Shown one piece after another: positions 21,301 to 28,811 of a DNA stretch of 64,000 nucleotides. The first letter of the stretch is position 1. Each line of letters starts with the position of its first letter. The stretch is taken from NCBI GenBank assembly GCA_963775425.1, contig CAVZJB010000013.1:224001-288000 (forward strand), written 5' to 3'. Origin of the DNA: an uncultured delta proteobacterium. Lineage in GTDB: Bacteria > Myxococcota > UBA727 > VGSZ01. Below the pieces are notes generated by a model. That model was not told the origin of the DNA and did not search any database. It saw nothing but the letters and a program-made list of their open reading frames with translations. The translations under genes were made by a program, and so were the position numbers.

Positions 21301-24240
21301 GTAGCGCATGACCACGTTCGACGCGCTGGAGCCTAGGCCCGAGTAGCTCACGGCGACGTTGACGGTGACGTTGTCGCCGCTGTGGGGCGTGGACGGGCTG
21401 ACGGCGTTGATGCTCCCGTAGACGTCGTCGCACCCGGCGGTGCCCGCGATGCCGGGCGGCGGCGTGAAGGGGCAGGAGGTGGGGCTGATGACCGGCTGCG
21501 AGCCCGGGCGCAGGAAGATGGGGCCGTACAGGTCGTTGCTGCTGTCGGCGTCGTTGCCGTCGATGGCGAGGAAGATCGCGCTGGCGCCGCCCTCCCACGG
21601 CTCGGCGCCGGGGGAGAGGATCGCGTCGGCGGCGTTCACCGGCACCTCGACGACGGCCGACGCGCCCGCCGCGAGCGCGGGGAGGTCGACGCTCTCGTAG
21701 ATGGGATCGCTCGCGAGGTTCGGCGGCGTGGCGTTGAAGCGACCGACGCTGTCGAGCAGGGCGGGGGCGAGGTACACGTCGACGACGGCGGCGTTGGCGG
21801 CGGTGCCGCCGCCGTTTTTGATCTCGACCTGGAACGTGGTGGGCCCCTTGGGGTCGGCGCCGAGCTCGATGCCCTCTTCGAACAAGGGGTGCACCTGCAC
21901 CGAGCCGCCGATGGGGAGGCTGCGGCCGAGGTCGAGGTTGGTGACGTACTGCTTGTAGGGGAACTGCGTGTTGGTCTGACGGAAGTCGTTCATGTGCGCC
22001 TGGACGAACAGGCGCGGCTCGTAGTCGATGTGGGCGAGCGGCTTCTCCTCGCGCATCTCGCGCACGTACAGATCGGCGCCCGACGGCGGCGTCGGCGCGT
22101 TCAGCACCGGCAGGACGAGGTAGAAGTCGCCGTTGGGATCGGGCGAGGCCGCGGAGCGCAAGCGCCAGAACGTCGTGGCCGACGTGCTCACGAGGTCGTA
22201 CGGGATGTCCCAGCGGAATTCGCCGGCGCTCGAGACGGTGGGCGCCACCGACGGCAGCGCGGTGGTGCAGGTGGTGTCGAGGGCGCTGGAGCAGCGCGCG
22301 ACCGAGAGGGTGCCGAGCGCGTTCAAGCGCGTGAGGTCGAAGGTGACCACCTGGCCCTCGCGGTAGCGGGAGGTCTGGGGGCCGCGGGCCGGGCCGAAGG
22401 TCTCGCTGACGTCGCAGGTGGGCTTGCTGCTCTCGAGATCGGGGTTGCCGTTGAAGCCGAAGTTCTGCGGCTCCTTGCAGTCGCGGTTCGGGTAGGTCTG
22501 CTCCGCCGCGCACTCGCCGTAGGGGTCGTAGAAGAGGTCGTTGGCGCCGCGCACGAACAAGAAGCTCGACGTGGAAAACGACGTGCTGGTGTCGTCGTCC
22601 ACCGCCGACGTCAGCGCGCGATCGTCCTGATGCGCGAACAGGTGCGCGATCTGACGCGTGATGATGGCGAACGGGAACGTGAAGTTGTTGCGCGCCGGGT
22701 TGGCGCCGAACACCGTGCCCTCGGGCGTGTCGACCATGGTGAAGTTCGCGCCGCCGTCGCTCTCGGTGAGGCGCCGGCAGGCGTTGGTGCCGTCGGGCGC
22801 GTAGTCGGCGCTGGAGCCCGAGCAGTTCGGCGACGGGTCGGTGACCGTGCCGGCGTAGCTGGTCTGCGAGTAGAACCGGGTGTTGGAGGAGAAGTTGTCG
22901 AGGTGCCACGCGTCGAAGCCGTCGCACGAGCCGTAGGTGAGCTGGCGCTGACACATGCCGCTGTCGCACGCGTCGAGGCCGACGTTCGTGCAGTCGCTGT
23001 CGACGGAGCAGGTGTCGGTGAAGGGCCCGTATGTCTGGCCGCTGGCCACGGTGGCGTCGGCGCTCCACGAGGGCGCGCCGACGAAGTTGAGGCCGCCCGG
23101 CGGCTGCACCACGTGCAGCGTCCAGGTCTGCGAGACGGTGGGCACGGTGCTCGGGGTGGTGACCTCGACGAAGTAGCTGGAGATGCCGAAGAAGAGGGAG
23201 CCTCCCTGGCGCACGCGCACGAAGTTGGCGCCGGCGGTGGTCGGCGTGTAGGTGACGGACGCGCAGGTGTTGGTGCGGTTGTCGTCCGCGGACGCGAGCT
23301 GGGTCTGGCCGTCCGCGGAGAACACCTCGATGGCGGTGTCGATGGAGCTGCAGCCGGTGCCGCCGTCCGAGGACGTGCGCACCGTGACGGGCTGGTTGGC
23401 GAGGACGTTGTAGCGGAAGAAGTCGACGTCGGCGCCGTTCAGGAGGCTCGCCCGCAGCGGCACGCCCGACGCGAGCGGGTTGGCGCCCGCGCTCGTGTCG
23501 TTGTCTTCGCCCTCCACGGTCTGCGACACGCGCGCCTTGAAGGTCCAATCGCCGAGCGTGCCCGCGGGCGGCTGCGCCGTGATGAAGGCGCCGTCGTTGC
23601 CGAAGGCGTCGGTGGTGGTGAGGCCGATCCAGGGCGGCAGCGTGGGGGGCGAGCAGGTGTTGCCGCTGCTGCACGACACGAGCTCGATGAGCTCGTCGGC
23701 GGAGGACGCGAAGTCTACGCGCGTGTTGTAGGCGTAGAAGGGGATGATGAGCGGGTGCGTGTCCGCCACGCCGAACGTCATCGGGTTCATCTCGAGCGAC
23801 GCGGGGCTCTCCGGCTTCACCACGTTGACGATGAAGTCGTCCTGATCGCACTGGTTGAGAGCGCCGCCGCAAGCGCGCACGACGAGGCAGTGCTTGCCCG
23901 CCTGGCCGCGCGAAAAGAAGCGCGACCACGTGAGCGTGGTGGCGGTGGTGCCGCTCGTGGACGACAGGTGCAGCCCGGCGGCGTGGTTGGTGGAGCCGAT
24001 GCCGGCGGTGCAGTCGTTGGTGGTGCCCGAAAACGGCTGCTCGCGGATGCTCCACGTCGCCGTGCCGCTCGCGGTGAAGGTGTGGCTGAAGGACGCGCCC
24101 GCCGTGAGCGTGAGCGTGCCGACGTCCGCCGACGTGATCGTCACCCCGTTGGACGCGGCGTGCAGCGGCGCGCCGAAGAGGAACGCCATCACCATCGCCA
24201 ACCGCAACGCTGTCTTCACTCCCCTCGACGCCACGCTCAC
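9277..24240 (-). CDS. Giant (4987 aa) surface adhesin: PPC-like, CARDB-like, ~34 cadherin/Ig-like repeats, Ca-binding DxDxDG motif, FN3/Ig-like repeats, GE linker, MYXO-CTERM-type tail
   Basis: Signal peptide (..FLFGAPLHA), recurring VNDAP/VNRAP and DxDGD motifs, DGLPDTWE..GLDP, C-terminal CGC..ALVALLALLRRR. Exact start codon uncertain. Confidence 0.92.
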   Translation of the reverse strand: MSVASRGVKTALRLAMVMAFLFGAPLHAASNGVTITSADVGTLTLTAGASFSHTFTASGTATWSIREQPFSGTTNDCTAGIGSTNHAAGLHLSSTSGTTATTLTWSRFFSRGQAGKHCLVVRACGGALNQCDQDDFIVNVVKPESPASLEMNPMTFGVADTHPLIIPFYAYNTRVDFASSADELIELVSCSSGNTCSPPTLPPWIGLTTTDAFGNDGAFITAQPPAGTLGDWTFKARVSQTVEGEDNDTSAGANPLASGVPLRASLLNGADVDFFRYNVLANQPVTVRTSSDGGTGCSSIDTAIEVFSADGQTQLASADDNRTNTCASVTYTPTTAGANFVRVRQGGSLFFGISSYFVEVTTPSTVPTVSQTWTLHVVQPPGGLNFVGAPSWSADATVASGQTYGPFTDTCSVDSDCTNVGLDACDSGMCQRQLTYGSCDGFDAWHLDNFSSNTRFYSQTSYAGTVTDPSPNCSGSSADYAPDGTNACRRLTESDGGANFTMVDTPEGTVFGANPARNNFTFPFAIITRQIAHLFAHQDDRALTSAVDDDTSTSFSTSSFLFVRGANDLFYDPYGECAAEQTYPNRDCKEPQNFGFNGNPDLESSKPTCDVSETFGPARGPQTSRYREGQVVTFDLTRLNALGTLSVARCSSALDTTCTTALPSVAPTVSSAGEFRWDIPYDLVSTSATTFWRLRSAASPDPNGDFYLVLPVLNAPTPPSGADLYVREMREEKPLAHIDYEPRLFVQAHMNDFRQTNTQFPYKQYVTNLDLGRSLPIGGSVQVHPLFEEGIELGADPKGPTTFQVEIKNGGGTAANAAVVDVYLAPALLDSVGRFNATPPNLASDPIYESVDLPALAAGASAVVEVPVNAADAILSPGAEPWEGGASAIFLAIDGNDADSSNDLYGPIFLRPGSQPVISPTSCPFTPPPGIAGTAGCDDVYGSINAVSPSTPHSGDNVTVNVAVSYSGLGSSASNVVMRYFKDLATAPTTSTTCTSSNCEALTDTSVPAGTSGPVGFNFTARLTNIQKPAASDDAFNSWVVIDATDVITETGGNEGNNVLPGVTPFKLVIHNSAPAVTNVSSTSATEDVVYAPTVTVSEPDQVDRAGLVFSLPTKPTGMTISSGSTCGSNVCATLSWTPTDAQAAAGTQAVQVKVCDQDPVDPLCATHDFAVSVTRVNDAPVVTLGSPPSTATEGTQYSHTLSATDEEGPVTWSITGQPAGGGATLTSATGSSTTVLWTPDDAAVAATAGVLSTTITVTATDNGTPSPTKTSSGVITIDTVTNVNDAPVLGAASNTSATEDATFTSDLNFGDADVDTAGIAQTLTCSAGSGSPSWATVSLVSGPRRCRITGSPGDADVGTSTVKVEASDGVTTTTVDVAVDVANINDAPVLGAPSATTATEDGAFTSDLAFSDADVDVSGLTQTLTCAFNGGHPAWLSVALVGSGGSRACELTGTPGDGDITSGTSVTIDASDGIATASRSFSLKVNNINDAPVLGAASNTTATEDAPFSSTLAVSDADIDVSGIAQTLTCSLGGTPPAWLSVSTQTVPSNACVLSGTPGDADVPTSPVTVTVQVSDGTDSDSAGVDITIANVNDAPVLGAPSSTAATEGSGFVSDLSFSDADVDVSGLAQTLTCALSGTPPSWLSVTRVDTPTRRCRVTGTPDDADLPSSGTTITVVASDGTASDSQSFAVTITNVNDAPVLGAPSTTAATEDAPFSSTLSFGDADVDAGGLSQTLTCSKQSGPAWVSVTRQDTPTRACKLSGTPTNSDVTSAVAVTVAASDGIATTTSTFDLSVENVNDAPVITAVNGQSPGSTLSFNVDEGQTLAFAVAAVDVDVGDTITFSFDAAPTFSDASLDPATGDFTLNAGFDESGSYVVTFVVTDVDGEADSVDVGIDVNEVNRAPVFSSTPSTSVDEDTTFSYDADATDPDGQAVTFSLAAAPGGMTIDGVSGLLTWVPQNADVGPHTVTVRASDGAAHTDQTFTLTVVNVNDAPVFTSTPPTSATEGVPLSYTATAADVDVGASLTFAATTLPSWLSFDTGTHVLSGTPDDPDVGDNDVVLTVSDGIAAPVEQSFTVTVQNVNDAPTFTATPGAAVTVAEGAVLTFDLDASDPDGPSALSFSMLSQPTGSSLDAASGVFSWTPGFSDAGVRSVTLQVTDGVATTQQALTITVTNTDRPPTCAVSPTSAVVDEGATVTLNVTGVDLDGDAVTLSSVSLPAGSSFTAATGVFSWTPGFADAGGAVASFRASAGGVDSVACSASITVNDVNQAPVLGAPSSTSATQGQLFQATLTASDVDLATAPSGEVLTFSRQSPSPSSMTVTKLDATTVRLDWTPAANEVGTQTVTIRVTDHLGLTDERSFNVTVANVNDAPVFTSTAPTAATEDSAFSYTATASDADQFLGDTLTFSVVGALPGWLTFNASTHVLSGTPRQADVGAAGNAVTLRVTDGQGAQVDQSFTLNVANVNDAPVLDAIGNKSVNEQELLTFTVTASDEDGTTPTLSASPLPSGATFNATSGVFSWTPSSSQSGLFNVTFTASDGALSDSEVVQIAVGNVDRPPAIAPIGDKSVDEGAPLTISVTATDPDGDAVTLSAAGLAGSDPFLRGATFSSSPGSGAGTFSWTPSFTDAGTFVVTFTASANGATDEEVVVITVADVNRAPVFTSPPTPTTDLSGSEGALLTFDMDATDADGDALGFDVSPLPSGATVDASTGVFSWTPSFTQAGTVNVTLSVTDGKDTTTRAIALVVANTDRAPTVTAPASQTVAEGGTLSFTVTGADADGDTVTLGAVSLPSGASFNASTGAFSFTPSFAQQGTTSATFRAAAGGLTTDATTSITVTNVNQPPALAAPASTSATQGVLFSQTLDATDGDLAAPGDTLTFTKQSGPAALTVTQVDADTARVDWTPGPGDVNPPSVQVVVRVTDAAGASFDRSFTVTVQNVNDAPVLAQPADGSVTQGQTFNATLSATDADRDAGLSDALTFTLPTAPAGMTVDGATGAVTWVTGASDVGAHGVTARVTDASGAFDERSFTVTVIDVNDPPVFASAAPTAGTQGALFSYTPTASDPDTGDTLTFSAPVLPAWLTFNAATHVLSGTPGQADVGPSSVTLRVTDAGGLFASQSFVVDVADVNDAPVLAPIGPKSVAEGATLTFNVTATDPDGTAPTLSATGLPPGASFTAATGVFSWATGFGDAGSFDVTFTASDGALSDSEVVTISVGDVNRAPSLTAIGDKSVDEGATLTFTVNASDPDVGDALTFSATGGVLDPFAAGATFNAATRAFSFSPSFAAAGVYHATFKVTDAGGLFAQETIAVTVVDVNRAPVFTATPPTITNEDAPFSYTAAASDPDGDALSWSLDTAPAGMTVAALTGVLSYAPQNADVGDHAVSVRVQDGRGGSATQSFTLTVVNTNDPPTFTSTPPTTATEDVPYAYTAAAADVDAGAVLTFSAPTLPSFLTFNAATHVLSGTPGEGVSGAQAVVLRVTDDAGASVDQSFSVTVTPVNDPPVLVAPTPSGTLTVAEGATLTFTIAATDVDSPTLTYGVSGLPAGASIDAQSGVFTWTPGFDDAGAHAMTLFADDGAATATRAVTVDVQNTDRPPVITVPGAQSVNEGATLSFAVSAGDPDGDAVTLTLASGPGALAAGVYSYSPGFDEAGAQTASFHAVSGGLSADASVPITVVDVNRAPLFTSTPGTTATEGQLFSYAITTSDPDGDAVTVTLQSGPTGVTIAAGALSWTPSGSQTGPQVFTLLASDGRGGTVTQSFTVDVTAVNDPPVFTSSPVTTAVEDQQYAYTARATDPDGDPITFAVVSGPAGLTVGATTGQVLYTPQNADVGDHAVTLSASDPNGGSATQSFTITVSNVNDAPVILANPAPPATVLQDATFDWQPAVQDVDVGDSVTLSITTGPPGMTVSAGHVTWVPGNDDVGDHPVTVRAQDLAGAFATRSFTVTVVNKNDAPFFTSAPVSTTVAEGDVFVTTLFADDIDVGDSLIFSLLGAPGAATLLPSADGSIVLRFAPDDPEVGDVSFTLRVEDAAGAFADLPVHFTVTPVNDAPVLSPVGNQSADVGSELVISLAATDADGDPLTFSDQNAPAASTLNAGVFRWTPGVGDVGAVDVTFTVSDGVLTDSETITIVVGGGPVPPSLVVPADAVVDEGVRLSATVTATDPNTPPSTVTLSATDLPPGATFSTTAGVFEWIPTFDQAGGYTVTFTATANGVATSRTWNVTVRDVNRAPTANPALFASATEGTELVLPLEASDPDGDTLTFAEVSGPAGVTFDAAGALHFTPAFADVGLRTVRVRVSDTSGASVVIDVTVVTAFKDEDADGLPDTWEIQFGLDPTQPDPPDPDGDGIVNLDEFLGGTDPFVSNAPTPPALLAPADGLHVATATPTLSWRGSSDPDGDPVTYSVIVFAAGGSPDAPLERVDGLVTDADDTGSYTVTTQLAENGTFSWLVIATDGRGNTPSVETRDFFVDVVNDPPPAPTLLEPLDGEVVTVASPTFVVGGVVDPDGDEVFYRFRLRAFPGDTPVATSELVPAVNGLATFTLTSVLPDQSAWFWDVESVDARGLAGGVGGPSRFTVDLLNQPPPAPEILAPADGEVVTVSDPLLRAGEVADPEGLAVTYRVELDSTPLFAPLTTQVFTDLTASGGEVSLQPGTLVDGTYHWRIRASDGSTFSEASSASFVVDTLNEPPPAPPLVAPLDNSLVQAPVSLVAQTVVDVEGAALTYTFEVSDAVSGDVVASVPGVVDADDGAVDGSVSVDVSDGLVPGARYAWRVFAVEAGGLSSAPGEERHFRLVSDNQRPLAPRLVSPLVNEIVTTATPVLRFEEPVDPDGDAVTSEVDVFSGSALVFHAGPLGASAGVVEVTLPALADGAYTWRARGSDLAGPGPFASSTFTVAAAAEGEGEGEGDVGEGEGEGEGDVGEGEGEGEGDDGSPIVTDVGAKLKIAPPSCGCTGGGGGSEAAVALVALLALLRRRPSSAALRHSRRDGVRR

Positions 24241-24333
24241 CCCCGGGTCAAACAGCCTAACGCGCTCGCCGCGAATGTCGTCGGGCGGACACCGGTGACG
24301 ACGTGATCCTCGTCAGTGTGCTCCCGCGACCGA

Positions 24334-24351
24334 CCCCCTGTTTCGGGGGGT
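24334..24351. promoter_or_regulatory. Candidate operator CCCCCTGTTTCGGGGGGT
   Basis: Dyad-like C5/G6 box upstream of the giant gene; 16/18 identical to 27560-27577. Confidence 0.35.
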
Positions 24352-24381
24352 TGCCATCCGGGATCGCGCCTCCTGACGTCG

Positions 24382-27300
24382 TCAGCGCAAGCGCACGAAC
24401 AATGCGCCACCCGGTCCATTGGCGAACACAAGGCCTCGCGCCGACGCATCGATGCTCGTTGCTTGCGCGAGGTTCGGGAACGTCAGCACCGCGCGCAGCG
24501 CGTCGGGCGGCTCCGCCGCCGAGATGTCGACGAGCTGCGTGGCGACGCCGGTGTTCACGGCGAGCAGTTGACGAACGCCGCTGATGGCGAGGAAGCGCGC
24601 GGCGGGATCGGTGACCACCGCGGCGGCGCCCTGCTCCACGTCGAACACGCCGCTCACGTCGACGCCCGCGACGTCGTTCACGGCGCTGGCGAACAGGCGC
24701 CCGCGGCCGTCGCCCACGCGCGCGAGCGCGTCCACCTCCGACGGCGCGCCGGGCGCGCACGCCGCCGCGGGCGCCACCGCGGCGGCGGCGTCTTCGGTCA
24801 TGCCGTCGAGCTCCACCGCCGCCACGGCGAAGGGCTTCTCGCCGACGCGCGCGACGCCGCCCGACACGTCGAGGGCCGACACCCGCAAGGCGGCGCCGGC
24901 GAGGGTGACGGTGTCCACCGACGCCACGCGCGGCGCGCCGTCGTAACCGAGGTGCAGGCGCGCCACCACCGCCGGGCGGCACTCGGCCTGCGCGGGGTCT
25001 TGCGGGTGCACGGCGACGACGAGCGCGCTGCCCTCGCGCGCGGCGCGGGCGGCGGCCAGGGGCAGCACGTCGAAGGTCGCGTCGGCGTACGCGGCGCTCA
25101 CCGCGCCGGCGAGGGCGGTGTCGTCGACGACGGTGAGCACGCCGGCGCCGCGGGCGCCCTGGGGCGCGAACAGCACGCGCGCCTGATCGTCGACGGCGAG
25201 GAGGCCGCTCGGCGTGGGGACGAGCGCGAGGATGACGGCGTCGTCGGGAGCCGACGCGCGCTGCAGCTCGCTGCCGTCGGCGAGGCGCCACTCGGAGACG
25301 CTCGGGACGGCGCCGGCGCGCTCGAGCGTCCACGCGTAGGGCCCGTCCGCCGCGACCTCCGACACCGCGCCGGCGCCGAGCAGCGAGGTGGCGCTGCTCA
25401 CGAGCGGGAACGCGACGGTGTCCCAGCAGACGTCCTGGCGCGCGCCGCCGAGCTCGGCGTTGGCGCAGAAGCCGCCGTGCCGGGGAGTGAGCACCTCGAG
25501 GTCGGCCGCGCCGGCCGGCGGGAACGCGCGGCCGACGAGCTGCGGCGCGCCGGCGGCGGCGTCGTAGACGAAGACGCCGCCGGGGTCGCCGGCGGCGGGA
25601 TCGGCGGGCGAGCCCAGCACGAGCACGCGATCGTCCCAGCCGATGACGTCGGTGGCCTGCACGCCCGACGGCAACTGGAAGCGCACCGCGGCGGCGGGGC
25701 ACGGCTGCGCCGGGCACGCCCCGAGCGGGATGACGTCGACGGTGGACCCGCCCACGGCCCACACCTCGTCGTCGAGGATGCGCATGGCGCGCGGCGACGA
25801 CGACAGCCCCGCGGTGCCGAGCACCGTGCCGGGCTGCGCGACCCGGAGGAGCTGCACCGTGAGGTCCGCGCGCGCCACGGCGATGAAGCCGTTTTGCACG
25901 GACACGCGCGTGACGGGCTCGCCGACGGCGGCGGCTGCGGGCGAGCCCGCGGTGTCCTCGAGGTCGAGCACGCGCACCCCTTCGGAGGTGCCGAGGACGA
26001 GGCCGCCGGTGAGCGGCGCGAGCGCGCGCACGTCGTCGCCGTCGATGCTCTCGGGCGCGCCGCTGACGGCGCCGCCGCCGTCGAGGTGCAGCACGTGGAC
26101 GCCGAGCGCGCCGCCGGCGCCGTAGACGGTGCGGCCGTCGACGACGACGTCGCTGCTCGGCAGATCGGAGAACGTCACCACCGCGCCCGACGGGTCTCGC
26201 ACGGCGAGGCCGGCGGCGCCGAGCGCCCACGCGGTGACGCCGTCGGCCTCGGAGACGGCGACGGCGCCGCCCACCGACGGCGGCGCCTCGTCGAGCAGGC
26301 GCGGCGTGACCTCGTCGGGGCGCACGCGCACGGGCGCGCTCCAACACGACGGGTTGCCGACGCCGTCGACGCTCGCCACCTGCACGAACAGATCGGTGCC
26401 GGGCAACAGCCCCGAGAGGATTCTGATCCGGCGACGTGGTCGACACCGGGCTCGGCCCCTCCACCGCGAAGGCGGCGATGTCGAAGTCGTCGCCGTCGGC
26501 GGAGGCAGGGCACGCGCCGGCGGGGCGCTCGCTCAAGCCGTACGACACGATCCAGCGCGCGGCGTCGAGGAACGCGTCGCGCTGGCACTCGGTGGTGTCG
26601 GCGACGCCGTCGCCGTTGGTGTCGACGCCGGCGGGGATGCCCCAACTGAGGATCACGCGATCCTCCGCCGCCGCCGCCTGCACCTCGCAGGGCACGGCGG
26701 GCGGGTCGGCGTCGAGGATGACGTTTTGCACCGCGGGGTCGCTGACGTTCCTGAGCGCGTCGACGGCGCGCACCTCGATGGTCCACAGGTCGCTCACGCC
26801 CGGCGACGGCGCGACGGTGGCGGGGACGGTGCAGACGCCGTCGACGCCGTCGGCGCCGTTGACGACGGTCTCCTGACGGACGCCGTCGCTCAAGGTCTGC
26901 GCCACCTGGTAGTGCAGCGCGGGGTCGCAGCCCGCGATGGTGACGGCGGGGAGCCCGACGCCGGCCGTGACGCGCAGGCTCGCGGGCAGGACGCCGAGCA
27001 CCGGGCGCGCCGGCGGCGCGGTGTTGACGCCGCACAAAGTGCCGAGGTCGACGGTGCCGCCGGGCGGGACGTCGATGTTGCGCGGCACCGGGACGGCGAA
27101 GCCGTCGCGCAACAGCTCCACGCTGTAGGGCCCGGGCGGGACGTTGATGAACGCGAACTCGCCGGTGCTGCGGGTGGCCTGGCTCTGCGAGCGGACGGCG
27201 GTGGCGGCGTCGCCGGCGGCCAACGCGCGCAGCACGATTCTCGAAGCCCGCGTGATCGCCGTCGACGACGTTGCAGAAGCTCGGCTCGGGGACGCAGCAC

Positions 27301-27521
27301 GGCGTGCTCGCCGGGTCGGCGAAGTCGCACAAGGGCGCGTCGTCGACCTCGCAGGCGACGCCCGTGCTCGGGTCCACCGGCGCCTTCACCGCCTGGATGA
27401 TGCCGCTGACCGTCCCCGGCGCCTGGAAGTCCGCGGGCGTCTCGGGGTCGAAGGGGTTGGTCGGCGCGCAGGCGACGCCGGCCGACGCCGCCGCCGCGAG
27501 GAAGATCACGTGGCGATGCAT
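24382..27521 (-). pseudogene. ~1045-aa surface lipoprotein (carboxypeptidase-regulatory-like, FN3-like, beta-propeller-like) split by two +1 frameshifts; may be intact with sequencing errors
   Basis: Lipobox AGVA-C after ATG 27521. Removing one base at ~27238 and one at ~26421 joins three track ORFs into one frame (GFE-IVLRAL; PDQ-ILSGLLPG). Confidence 0.75.
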
Positions 27522-27559
27522 AGCTGGCGAGTATGCCGCAAGGCTCCGCGCGGCGACGC

Positions 27560-27577
27560 CCCCCTGAATCGGGGGGT
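27560..27577. promoter_or_regulatory. Candidate operator CCCCCTGAATCGGGGGGT
   Basis: In the divergent promoter region 27522-27677; near-identical to 24334-24351. Confidence 0.35.
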
Positions 27578-27677
27578 AGACACGCGCGGCACACCCTGCG
27601 CCGTCGGTGCTGCACCGCCCGCGCGGGTGTAGCCTCGCGTCGCATGGCGATCGCCAAGCGTGTCTGGTGGTTGAGCG

Positions 27678-28214
27678 GTGGCCATCGACGAGGAGCGCTT
27701 CGGCCCCGACGACGTCAGCCTCGCGTGGAAGAAGGAGTTCGAGGCCACCCACGGACGCATCGCCGTCGGCGTCCGCGAGTACGACCCCGGCGAAGACAAC
27801 GAGGAGCAGCCCGCGCACGCGCTGTTGACCCGCGGCATGGACCCCGACCACGTGAAGGCGATGCTCAAGGGCAGCCTCACGCTGCGCAGCGCCCCTGGTG
27901 ATCGCGTCCTCGCGCGGGGCGACGGCGGCGTGGTCGTCGGCGTCGTCGCCAAGGGCGTCGTCCACGTCGTCGTGAACGATCGCGTCATCGCCGCGCTCGG
28001 CCGCGGCGAGCCCTTCGGCGAGATGGCGTTCGCCACGGGCCAGCCCCGCACCGCCGACCTCGTCGCCGCGAGCCCGGGCACCGAGCTGTTGCAGTTCTCC
28101 CCGAGCGCGCTCGCGCACCTGCCGATGGCCGCGCAAGCCGCGCTCTGGAAGAACCTCTCGTGGTGCCTCGCGCGCCGCCTCGCGACGACGACGACGACGG
28201 CGGCGGCGCGATAG
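27678..28214 (+). CDS. Cyclic nucleotide-binding domain protein without HTH
   Basis: LGRGEPFGEMAF..QPRTADLVA phosphate-binding cassette. Confidence 0.8.
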   Translation: MAIDEERFGPDDVSLAWKKEFEATHGRIAVGVREYDPGEDNEEQPAHALLTRGMDPDHVKAMLKGSLTLRSAPGDRVLARGDGGVVVGVVAKGVVHVVVNDRVIAALGRGEPFGEMAFATGQPRTADLVAASPGTELLQFSPSALAHLPMAAQAALWKNLSWCLARRLATTTTTAAAR

Positions 28215-28224
28215 TCGCGGCGCG

Positions 28225-28719
28225 CTACGCCACCGCGCGCGCGGCGACGTCGGCGGCGAAGCCGCGGCGCGCGAGCACGGCGAGGCCGCGCTTGGACTCA
28301 CGCACGCCGCGGCGGGCGAGCGTGACGCGCGCGGCGGCGAGCTCGGCGTCGGGGAGGGCGTCGACGGTCTTGAGGGCGCGCGCGGCGACGTCGTCGTCGA
28401 TGCCGTTCACGCGCAGGCGGCGCATGATCATGCCCCGCGACAGCCCGCGGCCGCGCCAGGCCTTGGCGCGCTTGATCGCGAGGCGCGCGTCGTCGAGGAG
28501 ACCCTCGCGCAGGCAGCGGGCGACGACGTCATCGATCCACGCGGACACCTCGGGCGGCCGCTGCGCCGGCGCCGCGCGGCGCACCCGCTGCTCGAGCGCG
28601 CGCCGCAGCCGCGCCACCGACATCGGCCGCCGCTGCAGGCGCCATCGCGCCGCTTTGTCGACGAAGTCCCGCGTGACGGGGTGAACGGTGACGATGCGGG
28701 TGCGGCGTGGCTGAACCAT
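28225..28719 (-). CDS. recX: RecX-family regulatory protein
   Basis: [33 protein letters not shown] helical repeats. Confidence 0.7.
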   Translation of the reverse strand: MVQPRRTRIVTVHPVTRDFVDKAARWRLQRRPMSVARLRRALEQRVRRAAPAQRPPEVSAWIDDVVARCLREGLLDDARLAIKRAKAWRGRGLSRGMIMRRLRVNGIDDDVAARALKTVDALPDAELAAARVTLARRGVRESKRGLAVLARRGFAADVAARAVA

Positions 28720-28811
28720 CCGTTGATGTAGCAATCGGCGCCGGCGAACGCAGCCCACGCACGCAGCCCACGCTCCGGAAGCGGCGCTCGCGTCGTCGTC
28801 GAAGGGCCCGC

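Noticed and set aside
24300-24360. c-di-GMP-I riboswitch upstream of the adhesin (minus strand GGCAACCCCCCGAAACAGGGGG)
   Set aside because: Only a GAAA-loop stem resembles it; the GACGCAAAG junction and receptor stem are missing. An Rfam scan would settle it.
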